From Gammaproteobacteria bacterium (GTDB lineage Bacteria; Pseudomonadota; Gammaproteobacteria; Eutrophobiales; Eutrophobiaceae), in assembly GCA_965116495.1 (NCBI GenBank), contig OZ220696.1:416001-480000 (forward strand): DNA of 64,000 bases. Direction: 5' to 3'. The translations under genes and the position numbers were made by a program. The notes beneath the pieces were generated by a model. It did not search any database and had not been told where the DNA came from. It saw only the letters and a list, made by a program, of their open reading frames with translations. Shown here one piece after another: positions 47,303 through 55,524 of the stretch. Within the stretch, counting starts at the first letter, position 1. Each line of letters begins with the position of its first letter.

Positions 47303-49366
47303 TTACTGAAAGCTTTCGATAATGTAAGTCTGATAGTGGTCGAGCATAGCTTCTTGTTGCGGATAGATGACTATCGTCGTTTCCGGTTCTTCGATTATGG
47401 CAGGACCCGTAATGAGATTTCCGGGCCTTACTTTCGTACCGTCGTAGACGCGTGTGTCGACAAACCCGACCCCGTCAAAACCCACCCGGCGCGTTTCCTT
47501 GTACGCTGCAGACGGATCCTCGGATTCGAACGGCGTACTGTGGTATTTGAGAGTATCGCGGGTGCCGACCAGGTCCGCACGGACACTGAGCACTTCGACC
47601 GTCTGGTCGGGACGTTTGAAAGAGTAAAGCTGCTCATGGGCCTCATGGAAGTCCTGAAAGGTCTTGTTCAGGTTTAGTTCCGTTACCCGTTTTGTCCTCG
47701 AGCGGATCGGAACGGTGACTTCGTGGGTCTGGCCGACGTAGCGCATGTCTATGGCGCGGTGGGTCTGGGTCTCGACGATGCCCGGCGTTTGTTTGAGCAA
47801 TTCAAGGGCGTTGTTCTCAAGCTCCTCGTAGATGGCATTCAAATCATCGATGCGGATGGTATTGGAACGACTGATGAAACTCTTGACCTTGGATATTTTG
47901 AAATTCGATATGATGCAGCCCAGTGCGCAGAATACACCCGCGTTCTTCGGCACCAGGATCGTATTGACGCCCAGGTCCTTGGCCTGTACTCCCACGTGAA
48001 CGGGACCTGCGCCCCCGAAAGCCATCAGGGCGAAGTCCCTGGGGTCGCGCCCGCGGGAAACCGAAACGTAACGGATGGCGTTGGTCATGGCGCTGTTGGA
48101 GATACGGAATATACCGCTTGCCGCTTCCTCGACCGACATGCCCAGGGGCTGCGCAATCTCAGTATCTATCGCCTTGTGGGCGGCGGCTGTGTCCAGGTTG
48201 ATTTCCCCCCCGCCGATAGCGCCCGGATTGAGGTAGCCCAGTACCAGGTTGGCATCGGTGACTGTGGGTTTGACCCCGCCCCGACCATAGCAGGCAGGTC
48301 CCGGATCGGACCCCGCGCTCCTGGGTCCCACCCTGAGTGCGCCGCCTTCATCGATCCAGGCTATGGAACCCCCGCCGGTACCGATGGAATGTATGTCTAT
48401 CATGGGCGTTGCGACGCGGTAGCGGCTGACCCAGGAATCAACGCCGATATCGGGCCGGCCATCCTTGATCAGGCAGACGTCATAGCTGGTTCCGCCCATG
48501 TCAACTGCGATCAGGTCCTTGTACCCGGACCATTCACCCACCGCAACCGCCGCGGTGACGCCGCCGGACGGCCCTGACTGGATGAGTTCGACCCCGCGTT
48601 TGCAGCAGAAGTCAGTATCCATGACGCCGCCGTTGGAAAGCTTGATAAACAGGCGGCCGCCGAAACCTGCTTCATTCAGGCTGACTTCCAACTGGCGCAG
48701 GTAATTATCGAGTTTCGGACTGAGGTAAGCGTTCAGTATGGTCGTACTGAAACGATCGAATTCCCGAACCTGGGGCAGGACTTCGCAGGACAGGGAAACA
48801 TAGGCTTCCGGGTATTCCTCCCGGATAACCTCCCTGATGCGGAATTCGTGTTCATTGTTTTTGAATGAGAATAACAGGCATACCGCGATTGATTCGACTT
48901 CCAGTTGCTTTAAATTACGGACCGCGTCACGCACTTCCTGCTCGTTGAGGTCAAGTACAATCTCTCCCAGGTGATTGATGCGCTCAGTGACACCCAGGCG
49001 TCTTTGCCTGGGTACGATGGGGTAGGGCGCCGGCAGGCGGATATCAAAATGATCTTCCTTGTACCCGGTCCGCAGTTCGATAATGTCGCGAAAGCCTTTT
49101 GTGGTGATGAGCCCGGTTTTGGCGCCGGCGTACTCCAGCATGGCATTGGTCACCACCGTAGTGCCCAGTACAAGGTTGTCGGCATTTTTGAGAAAGTCCT
49201 GTGAATCCAGGCTGAAATGCTCTGCGGATGTGCGGATGGCATTCATGATACCGACGGTTTCGTCGTTAGGCGTGGTCAGCACCTTGCCGCTGATGACCTC
49301 ATCCGCGCTGCGTACGACATAATCGGTAAACGTCCCCCCGACGTCGATGCCAATTTCGTAACTCAT
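47303..49366 (-). CDS. Hydantoinase/oxoprolinase A subunit
   Basis: GIDVGGTFTD, GTT, SGPSGG, DMGGTS, GTGGGS, AFGGAG. Confidence 0.93.
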   Translation of the reverse strand: MSYEIGIDVGGTFTDYVVRSADEVISGKVLTTPNDETVGIMNAIRTSAEHFSLDSQDFLKNADNLVLGTTVVTNAMLEYAGAKTGLITTKGFRDIIELRTGYKEDHFDIRLPAPYPIVPRQRRLGVTERINHLGEIVLDLNEQEVRDAVRNLKQLEVESIAVCLLFSFKNNEHEFRIREVIREEYPEAYVSLSCEVLPQVREFDRFSTTILNAYLSPKLDNYLRQLEVSLNEAGFGGRLFIKLSNGGVMDTDFCCKRGVELIQSGPSGGVTAAVAVGEWSGYKDLIAVDMGGTSYDVCLIKDGRPDIGVDSWVSRYRVATPMIDIHSIGTGGGSIAWIDEGGALRVGPRSAGSDPGPACYGRGGVKPTVTDANLVLGYLNPGAIGGGEINLDTAAAHKAIDTEIAQPLGMSVEEAASGIFRISNSAMTNAIRYVSVSRGRDPRDFALMAFGGAGPVHVGVQAKDLGVNTILVPKNAGVFCALGCIISNFKISKVKSFISRSNTIRIDDLNAIYEELENNALELLKQTPGIVETQTHRAIDMRYVGQTHEVTVPIRSRTKRVTELNLNKTFQDFHEAHEQLYSFKRPDQTVEVLSVRADLVGTRDTLKYHSTPFESEDPSAAYKETRRVGFDGVGFVDTRVYDGTKVRPGNLITGPAIIEEPETTIVIYPQQEAMLDHYQTYIIESFQ

Positions 49367-49621
49367 TACCTCATCCCCTGATAAATTGTACTGTGTTGGT
49401 ATGCCTGTTCAGGATTTTCTACGGTACTGGTAAGTACCGCTAAAATCAACAATGATACATTAAATAATCGTGGTAAAAAAACATCAGAAACAAAATTCAG
49501 TTTGAGTATTGTAGCTTATATGATACCATTTGGACTGGGGGAGGTAGAACCGAATACCCGATATCTGCCTGTCCCTGTGCAGTCTTACAAAAAACCTGAA
49601 TTCCTCTGGAGGCACAGCGTG

Positions 49622-51787
49622 ATGCTCAAGACAAGAGTTTATGTAAAATTTCTCCTCATCGGTTCGTGTCTCGGATTGCTGTTGTTCGATTCAGCAGCGA
49701 CTTATTCCCAAGAGAAAGATAAGGGCGTTCTGGAAGAAGTGATAGTCACCGCGCAGCGGCGCACCGAGAACCTGCAGGATGTTCCCCTGGCGATCACCTC
49801 TTTTTCTGCCAGGAACCTTAATGATAAAGGCGTCTATGACCTGTTCGGCCTCACGTCCCTGGCCCCGAACCTGGACATCGTACAGAATAACGGCAGGGTG
49901 AAGGTATTTATCCGCGGCATCGGCCTCACATTGGATAATTCCGGCTCGGAAGGCGCAGTCGCGGTGCACCAGGACGGTGTCGTTATTGCCTATCCGAACT
50001 CGCAGGGCACCTCGTTTTACGATATTGAACGGATAGAGGTATTGCGCGGACCGCAAGGCACCTTGTTCGGCAGGAATGCAACGGGCGGTACGCTCAATAT
50101 CATTACCCGGGGGCCGACGGAAGAGGTCAGTATCAATGCCCGCGCCAACTTCGGCAACTATGAAGCACGGGAATTCGAGTTGGGCGTCGGCGGCCCCCTG
50201 GTAAAAGACAAGTTAAGCGCGCGTGCAGCTTTCTACAAGGTGGACAGGGACGGCTTCGGTGAAAACAGTTTTAACGGTGAGGATATCGACGACCGCGATG
50301 AGGTCGCGGCGCGCGGCAAGCTGAAGTGGCAGGTGACGGACGAGTTGACCGTAGTTGCGGCGATTGATTACTGGGATGCGGATGACTCGGGCGCGGTCGT
50401 GCATACTTTCGGCTCGGCATTCGGCGAATTGCAGGGGGTTGTTGAGGGTGGTAACGGCAAGCCGAGTTTCAGGGATATAGCAAGCGAAACTGAAGAAAGC
50501 AGGGACATGAGAACCTATGGTTACTCCGTGGACATTACCTATGAACTGAATGAAAACTTCACCTTCAAATCCCTGACCGGATACCGTGATGAGCACAGCG
50601 TAAAAAAATCACAGTATGACGGTACCGATAATCCCGGCTGGCCTTCGACAAATCACAATTCCGGCGTCCATTTCAGCCAGGAGTTTCAAATAAACTGGGA
50701 CATGGACAGGATCAACAGCGTATTCGGACTGTACTACTTCGATGACGATGTATTTGTCACCAATACGGTCCCGTTCCAGTTCGCGATCAACCTGCCAGGC
50801 GACATCTTTGACGAACGGGGACATGCAAAAACTGAAGCCTACGCGGCATTCGGCAGCTTGACCTGGGCGGTGACGGACAGGCTGAACCTGACGGCGGGAG
50901 TCAGGTACAGCGACGAAAAAAGAACCACGGAAAGCTCGTTCCAGCTCATGATTCAACTGTTTGGCCTGGATGTGTTCATCCCGCTGAACAACCAGCGCAA
51001 ATATGACGCCTGGACGCCGCGGTTCTCTATTGATTACGCCCTGACAGATGATGCCATGGTTTATTTCACCGCATCACGCGGCTTTAAAAGCGGGCAGATA
51101 CTGCCGGGCAACACAGCGCCGCCGCTCGACCCGGAGTTTATCTGGAGTTACGAAGGAGGGATAAAGTCCGTACTGTTTAATGACAGGCTGAAAGCCAACC
51201 TGTCGGCCTTCTATTACGATTACACGGATCTGCAGGTGAGCCAGTTGCTGGGCCTGTCGTTTACGCTTACCAATGCCGCGGCGGCCGACGCTATCGGAGT
51301 TGAGGCGGAACTTGCCTACCTGCTGACGGAAAATACGCAACTGGAACTGGTCTACGGCTACCTGGATAATGAATTTACCGAATTTTTCACCCAGGATCCG
51401 ATTTTTCCAGAACTGGGCGTGTTGAACCTGAAAGGCAATCCGCTGCCCAATTCACCCAAACACATGTTTACCCTGAGCGCAAGCCACACATACCCCAGCA
51501 GCTTTGGTGATTTCGACTTCAGGGTGGACTGGCGCTGGCGGGATACGGCTTATTTTGACCCCTACAAGCGGGATGTAGCCTCCCAGGACTCCTACTCAAA
51601 TGTCAGCATGAGGGGTACTTTTCAACCGCGCAACCAGAACTGGTCTATCTCGGCCTGGGTCAACAACCTGACCAATAAGGATGCGTATATTACCAATTAT
51701 ATCAGCCTGGCCAGTGGTGGTTTCCCCCGTAACGGCGATATCAACGACCCGAGAACCTACGGTATAGAGTTGCGTTACGAGATGTAA
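49622..51787 (+). CDS. TonB-dependent receptor
   Basis: LEEVIVTAQRR, ERIEVLRGPQGTLFGRNATGG, PRTYGIELRY. GGAGG RBS before 49619/49622. Confidence 0.95.
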   Translation: MLKTRVYVKFLLIGSCLGLLLFDSAATYSQEKDKGVLEEVIVTAQRRTENLQDVPLAITSFSARNLNDKGVYDLFGLTSLAPNLDIVQNNGRVKVFIRGIGLTLDNSGSEGAVAVHQDGVVIAYPNSQGTSFYDIERIEVLRGPQGTLFGRNATGGTLNIITRGPTEEVSINARANFGNYEAREFELGVGGPLVKDKLSARAAFYKVDRDGFGENSFNGEDIDDRDEVAARGKLKWQVTDELTVVAAIDYWDADDSGAVVHTFGSAFGELQGVVEGGNGKPSFRDIASETEESRDMRTYGYSVDITYELNENFTFKSLTGYRDEHSVKKSQYDGTDNPGWPSTNHNSGVHFSQEFQINWDMDRINSVFGLYYFDDDVFVTNTVPFQFAINLPGDIFDERGHAKTEAYAAFGSLTWAVTDRLNLTAGVRYSDEKRTTESSFQLMIQLFGLDVFIPLNNQRKYDAWTPRFSIDYALTDDAMVYFTASRGFKSGQILPGNTAPPLDPEFIWSYEGGIKSVLFNDRLKANLSAFYYDYTDLQVSQLLGLSFTLTNAAAADAIGVEAELAYLLTENTQLELVYGYLDNEFTEFFTQDPIFPELGVLNLKGNPLPNSPKHMFTLSASHTYPSSFGDFDFRVDWRWRDTAYFDPYKRDVASQDSYSNVSMRGTFQPRNQNWSISAWVNNLTNKDAYITNYISLASGGFPRNGDINDPRTYGIELRYEM

Positions 51788-51795
51788 AGCCTGGG

Positions 51796-53322
51796 ATGGG
51801 TGTGAGTGAAAGTGTGGTCAAGCTCTTCCGGGGACAAGTCCAAGCTCTTCCCGGGACAGATTTAAATCTGTCCCCCTTTGCCGGGTTTGGGATAAGGAAA
51901 TCCCTCTTACATTGGCTACTGTTTGCCGGCGTTCTCCAGTTCTTTACCGGTTTCGGCCAGGTATGGGCCGGAGAAGTCCTGGCATTGACCGGCGGCAGGA
52001 TTATTGACGGTAACGGCGGCGCCCCGCTGGAAGATGCTGCAATCGTTATCCAGGGTTCGAAGATTACCGCAATCGGTCCCGCATCCGTCGTCCCGGCAAA
52101 CGCGCGCGTAGTGGACCTTGCCGGCAAGACTCTCTTGCCGGGTCTCATTGATGCGCATATCCACATCGGCGGCAGCGGTGGCGGGTCGGCAGACCCGCGT
52201 GAATTCACCCCCACTGCTGTTGAAAACAGCCTCAAGAGTTACCTGAAGTTCGGCGTGACCAGTGTTTACGATATGGCCGCGCATCCCAGCCTCAATTCCA
52301 TGAAAACAGCGCTGGAGACCGGTGAGCTGACGGGTCCGAGGTTGTACGGTAACGGGTTTGGTATCACCGCCCCCGGCTCGCATCCCATCCGCCTGATCAC
52401 TGAACTCGGACTCCTCGACTACCTGGGCCCTTTCTATTTCCAGGTTGACAGCGTGGCAGATGCTGAAGAGGCGGTGCGCAGTATCAGTGCGGAGCAGGTT
52501 GATGGCATCAAGCTGTTCCACTCACGCGTCGAAGCCGGGACCACTCGGTTTGACGCCGATATGGACAAGTTAAAGCCCGATATCCTCCACACATTGATTG
52601 AGGAAGCCCACGCCCGCAGTCTGAAGGTTTATGCGCATACGTCATTTTCCAGCGAGGCCAGCGAATTTGTTGAAGCCGGCGGCGACGTTGTCGTGCATAG
52701 CATACATATGGCCGAGACCGGCGCCCGGGACGTATTCGAATTGATGGCCGAACGTGAAGTTGCCTATATTCCGACCCTCGCCGTGTTTGAAGGCGGCTAT
52801 ACAAGGAAACCCGACTCTTTTGCTTCCCCACATCTTCATGACAAGGTATGGGATGTCCTGCTCGCGTCGATCACCGCTCCGGGCAGCGTGGTCCTGGCTT
52901 CCCGGAATGTGCCCGGTCTCCTCAATGACAGGGAGCGCAGCCTGGAAATCTCAATGGCAAACCTGGAGCGGGCGCTGCAGGCGGGCGTCATGATCGCAAT
53001 GGGTAGTGATGCGGGCAATGCCGGGATGCTGCACGGCGCGACAGTATTGCGCGAACTGCAGTTGATGAACGAAGCGGGCATGACGCCGATGCAGGTGCTC
53101 ATGGCTGCCACCCGCAACGGGGCGGAGGTCATCGGCCGGGGAGAGGAACTGGGCACTCTCGAGGCCGGCAAGCTGGCTGATATCATCGTCGTCAACGGCG
53201 ACCCGTTGCAGGACCTGTCTGCCCTGGGCAATGTCGAACTGGTAGTGAAAAATGGCAAGATCATCAACCCCGGGGAACTGGAGTTCAAGGAAGTACCACA
53301 ACCAACTGGGGACGGATTTTAA
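51796..53322 (+). CDS. Exported amidohydrolase
   Basis: Signal peptide ending VWA, PGLIDAHIH, IK, AH, VHS, GSDAG, GKLADI. Confidence 0.88.
   Translation: MGVSESVVKLFRGQVQALPGTDLNLSPFAGFGIRKSLLHWLLFAGVLQFFTGFGQVWAGEVLALTGGRIIDGNGGAPLEDAAIVIQGSKITAIGPASVVPANARVVDLAGKTLLPGLIDAHIHIGGSGGGSADPREFTPTAVENSLKSYLKFGVTSVYDMAAHPSLNSMKTALETGELTGPRLYGNGFGITAPGSHPIRLITELGLLDYLGPFYFQVDSVADAEEAVRSISAEQVDGIKLFHSRVEAGTTRFDADMDKLKPDILHTLIEEAHARSLKVYAHTSFSSEASEFVEAGGDVVVHSIHMAETGARDVFELMAEREVAYIPTLAVFEGGYTRKPDSFASPHLHDKVWDVLLASITAPGSVVLASRNVPGLLNDRERSLEISMANLERALQAGVMIAMGSDAGNAGMLHGATVLRELQLMNEAGMTPMQVLMAATRNGAEVIGRGEELGTLEAGKLADIIVVNGDPLQDLSALGNVELVVKNGKIINPGELEFKEVPQPTGDGF
51853..51874. repeat. GGGGAC-family palindrome inside a CDS, preceded by a ~22-bp tandem duplication
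   Basis: Perfect 22-bp GGGACAGATTTAAATCTGTCCC. CAAGCTCTTCC(G/C)GGGACA occurs at 51819 and 51841. Confidence 0.85.
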
Positions 53323-53331
53323 GCATGCCCC
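53308..53331. repeat. Degenerate GGGGAC-family copy overlapping a stop codon
   Basis: GGGGACGGATTTTAAGCATGCCCC; the left arm is identical to the 12739 and 14089 copies. Confidence 0.6.
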
Positions 53332-53406
53332 CGCATGTTAGAAGTTGAGTGTTATTCTTGAATAGTGGTAATTAATATTTAAATATCAAATATATAATAT
53401 ATATAA

Positions 53407-54177
53407 TTAAAGTAATCTATTAATACTTTTGCTTAATTGTGCGAATATAAACTTGGGGAAAAACCGGCTCATGAACCAGAGCTGGTTAGCCACGCCAATG
53501 CGAATTTCGTAGTTATCTTTTGCAAAATCTTTCAGGAACGCCGCAACCATTTTTTCTACGGGCATTATCGGAACGCCTTTAATATCTTCTTCATCAAAGC
53601 CTCCTAACATCCCTGTTTCGGTAAGAGGAGGGGCCAGTTCGAAGACCTTGATTGCTGTATTCCTTAATTGCGCTCTCAATGACAATGTATATGAGTGAAT
53701 GGCGGCCTTGGTCGAGCAATATACCGGAGTAATCGGCAGGGGGACAAATGCCAGCCCGGAGGTAACATTGACGATTGCAGGGTTGTTGTTGTGCCGTAAT
53801 AGCGGCAGAAAGGCGTTGTTCATCAACATGGTCCCTTTTAGGTTAATATCGATTTCCTGCGTCAGATATGTTGCGGAAAGGTTGCCGTTACGCAGGTTGA
53901 GCGTTTGCATGATGCCTGCATTATTGATCAGTATATTTAGATCGGGATAGTCTTTTACGGCCTCTTGGTGGAGTTTTTCTACGTCGCCGGGGTTACTGAC
54001 GTCATTCCTGATTATCGTCACACCTCCCAGTTGTTGTTTCGCGTCCTGGAGTTTGTTCTCATCCCGCCCCGTGATAACGACCTTATTGCCCTTTAGTAAA
54101 AACTGCCTGGCCATCTCAAAACCGATACCGCTCGAACCGCCGGTAATCAGGATGGTATTACCGGATAATTTCATCAC
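53407..54177 (-). CDS. Short-chain dehydrogenase/reductase (DltE-like)
   Basis: ITGGSSGIG, LINNAG, TSGLAF, YCSTK. Confidence 0.92.
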   Translation of the reverse strand: MMKLSGNTILITGGSSGIGFEMARQFLLKGNKVVITGRDENKLQDAKQQLGGVTIIRNDVSNPGDVEKLHQEAVKDYPDLNILINNAGIMQTLNLRNGNLSATYLTQEIDINLKGTMLMNNAFLPLLRHNNNPAIVNVTSGLAFVPLPITPVYCSTKAAIHSYTLSLRAQLRNTAIKVFELAPPLTETGMLGGFDEEDIKGVPIMPVEKMVAAFLKDFAKDNYEIRIGVANQLWFMSRFFPKFIFAQLSKSINRLL

Positions 54178-55382
54178 TAACTCCCGGTCCAGGCACGCAG
54201 GGTCCTGACAGCCACTTCATTTTCGATTTCCTCGGGGACATGTTGTGGACCTGCCGGCAATGATTGACTATTTGTCGCGAGATAGGCCAGGGACAGGGAT
54301 TGCAGGGCCAGGCCCAGGTCCATGATTTCGATGGGGTTGCCGTCGCCGGCGCTCAGGTTAATACTGTTACCTCTGCCCAACAGGTAAACGACTTTACCGT
54401 TGCCCAGTTTGAATTTCTGGATATCCGGCATGATTTGGTGTGGTTCGGAGGCCAGTGCGCGCAGGCCGGGCAGGTCGATCTCGTTTTCAAATGCCCCGGC
54501 GTTGCATATTACGGCGCCATCCTTCATTAGCGCCAGGTGACCCTGTTTGAGTGCTCCCGGTCTGCCGGTGACGGTAATGACGATGTCACTGACCGGTAAC
54601 GCCTGCTCCAGTTCAGCCGTATGATAACCCTCCAGGTGCGCTTCCAAGCGCGTCAGGGGGTCGATATCGACTATGGTTACATGCGCCCCCAAGCCGCGCA
54701 AGGCGCGGGCGATACCCTGGCCGCAATAACCATAACCAATGACAGTTGCCCGCTTTCCGCCGATAAGCAGGTTGGAACAGCGCATAATGCCGTCGACAAC
54801 ACTCTGGCCGACGCCATAGCGGTTTTCGACAATGCGTTTTGCCCGGGTATCATTAATTATGAGGGTGGGGAAGATATGTTCATCAATGTCTTCCCGTAAG
54901 CGGAAACCGCCGGTGGTAGTTTCTTCGGTGGCGCCGATCAGCTTCGCCCTGGCGCCGGAAAAGTCCGGATTGGTATGCGCCAACACATGCAATTCTGCGC
55001 CATTATCGGCAATCAGGTCGGGTTCGGTGGATAACACCTTTGCCACGTAATCAAGGTGCTGGCTGGTGGTTTCACTTCTTTTGGCAAATACCCGGACGTT
55101 GTATTCTGCCACCAGCGCGGCAGCCACCTCATCCTGGGTGGTTCCGGGCCAGCCGGTGATTGCGACCTCCGCGCCGCCGCTGGTCAGTGCGTCCATCCAG
55201 ACGCCGGTCTTCGCTTCCACATGCAGGCAGATACCGATACGCATGCCTGTAAAAGGCCTGGTCCTGCTGAAGTCCTCTTTGATCCGGCCCAATACCGGCA
55301 TCCGTTCGCGTACCCAGTTTATTCGATCCAACCCTCGTTGCGCCAGTTCGATATCTTCAATTTCGTATGTAAAATCAGGCAT
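54177..55382 (-). CDS. ahcY: Adenosylhomocysteinase-family protein (short type), divergent active site
   Basis: CLHVEAKT, TQD, EETTTG, NRYG.GQS, GYGYCG.G, IMD. Family-level call; see findings. Confidence 0.85.
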   Translation of the reverse strand: MPDFTYEIEDIELAQRGLDRINWVRERMPVLGRIKEDFSRTRPFTGMRIGICLHVEAKTGVWMDALTSGGAEVAITGWPGTTQDEVAAALVAEYNVRVFAKRSETTSQHLDYVAKVLSTEPDLIADNGAELHVLAHTNPDFSGARAKLIGATEETTTGGFRLREDIDEHIFPTLIINDTRAKRIVENRYGVGQSVVDGIMRCSNLLIGGKRATVIGYGYCGQGIARALRGLGAHVTIVDIDPLTRLEAHLEGYHTAELEQALPVSDIVITVTGRPGALKQGHLALMKDGAVICNAGAFENEIDLPGLRALASEPHQIMPDIQKFKLGNGKVVYLLGRGNSINLSAGDGNPIEIMDLGLALQSLSLAYLATNSQSLPAGPQHVPEEIENEVAVRTLRAWTGS

Positions 55383-55392
55383 TTTTAACCTC

Positions 55393-55490
55393 TACCGTCG
55401 TTCCCGCGCAAGCGGGAATCCAGTCTGAAAATTTGCTTGATGATGTAGAGATTATAATACTGGATTCCTGCTTGCGCAGGAATGGCGGTA
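55393..55490. repeat. Inverted pair of CGTC-type REP elements (REPIN-like)
   Basis: TACCGTCGTTCCCGCGCAAGCGGGAATCCAGT and ACTGGATTCCTGCTTGCGCAGGAATGGCGGTA; each has an internal hairpin and the two are near reverse complements. Confidence 0.8.
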
Positions 55491-55524
55491 AGCTTAGTTA
55501 CGGGTATCAGATTAATGAACGACA

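Noticed and set aside
49367-49620. Possible riboswitch or Fur box upstream of the TBDR
   Set aside because: I could not see cobalamin or TPP consensus elements or a convincing Fur box. An Rfam/Infernal scan would be decisive.
53340-53410. Very AT-rich ATATATAAT run
   Set aside because: It is a short low-complexity tract between converging genes with no iterons or other structure; at most it hints at a foreign origin of the SDR gene.
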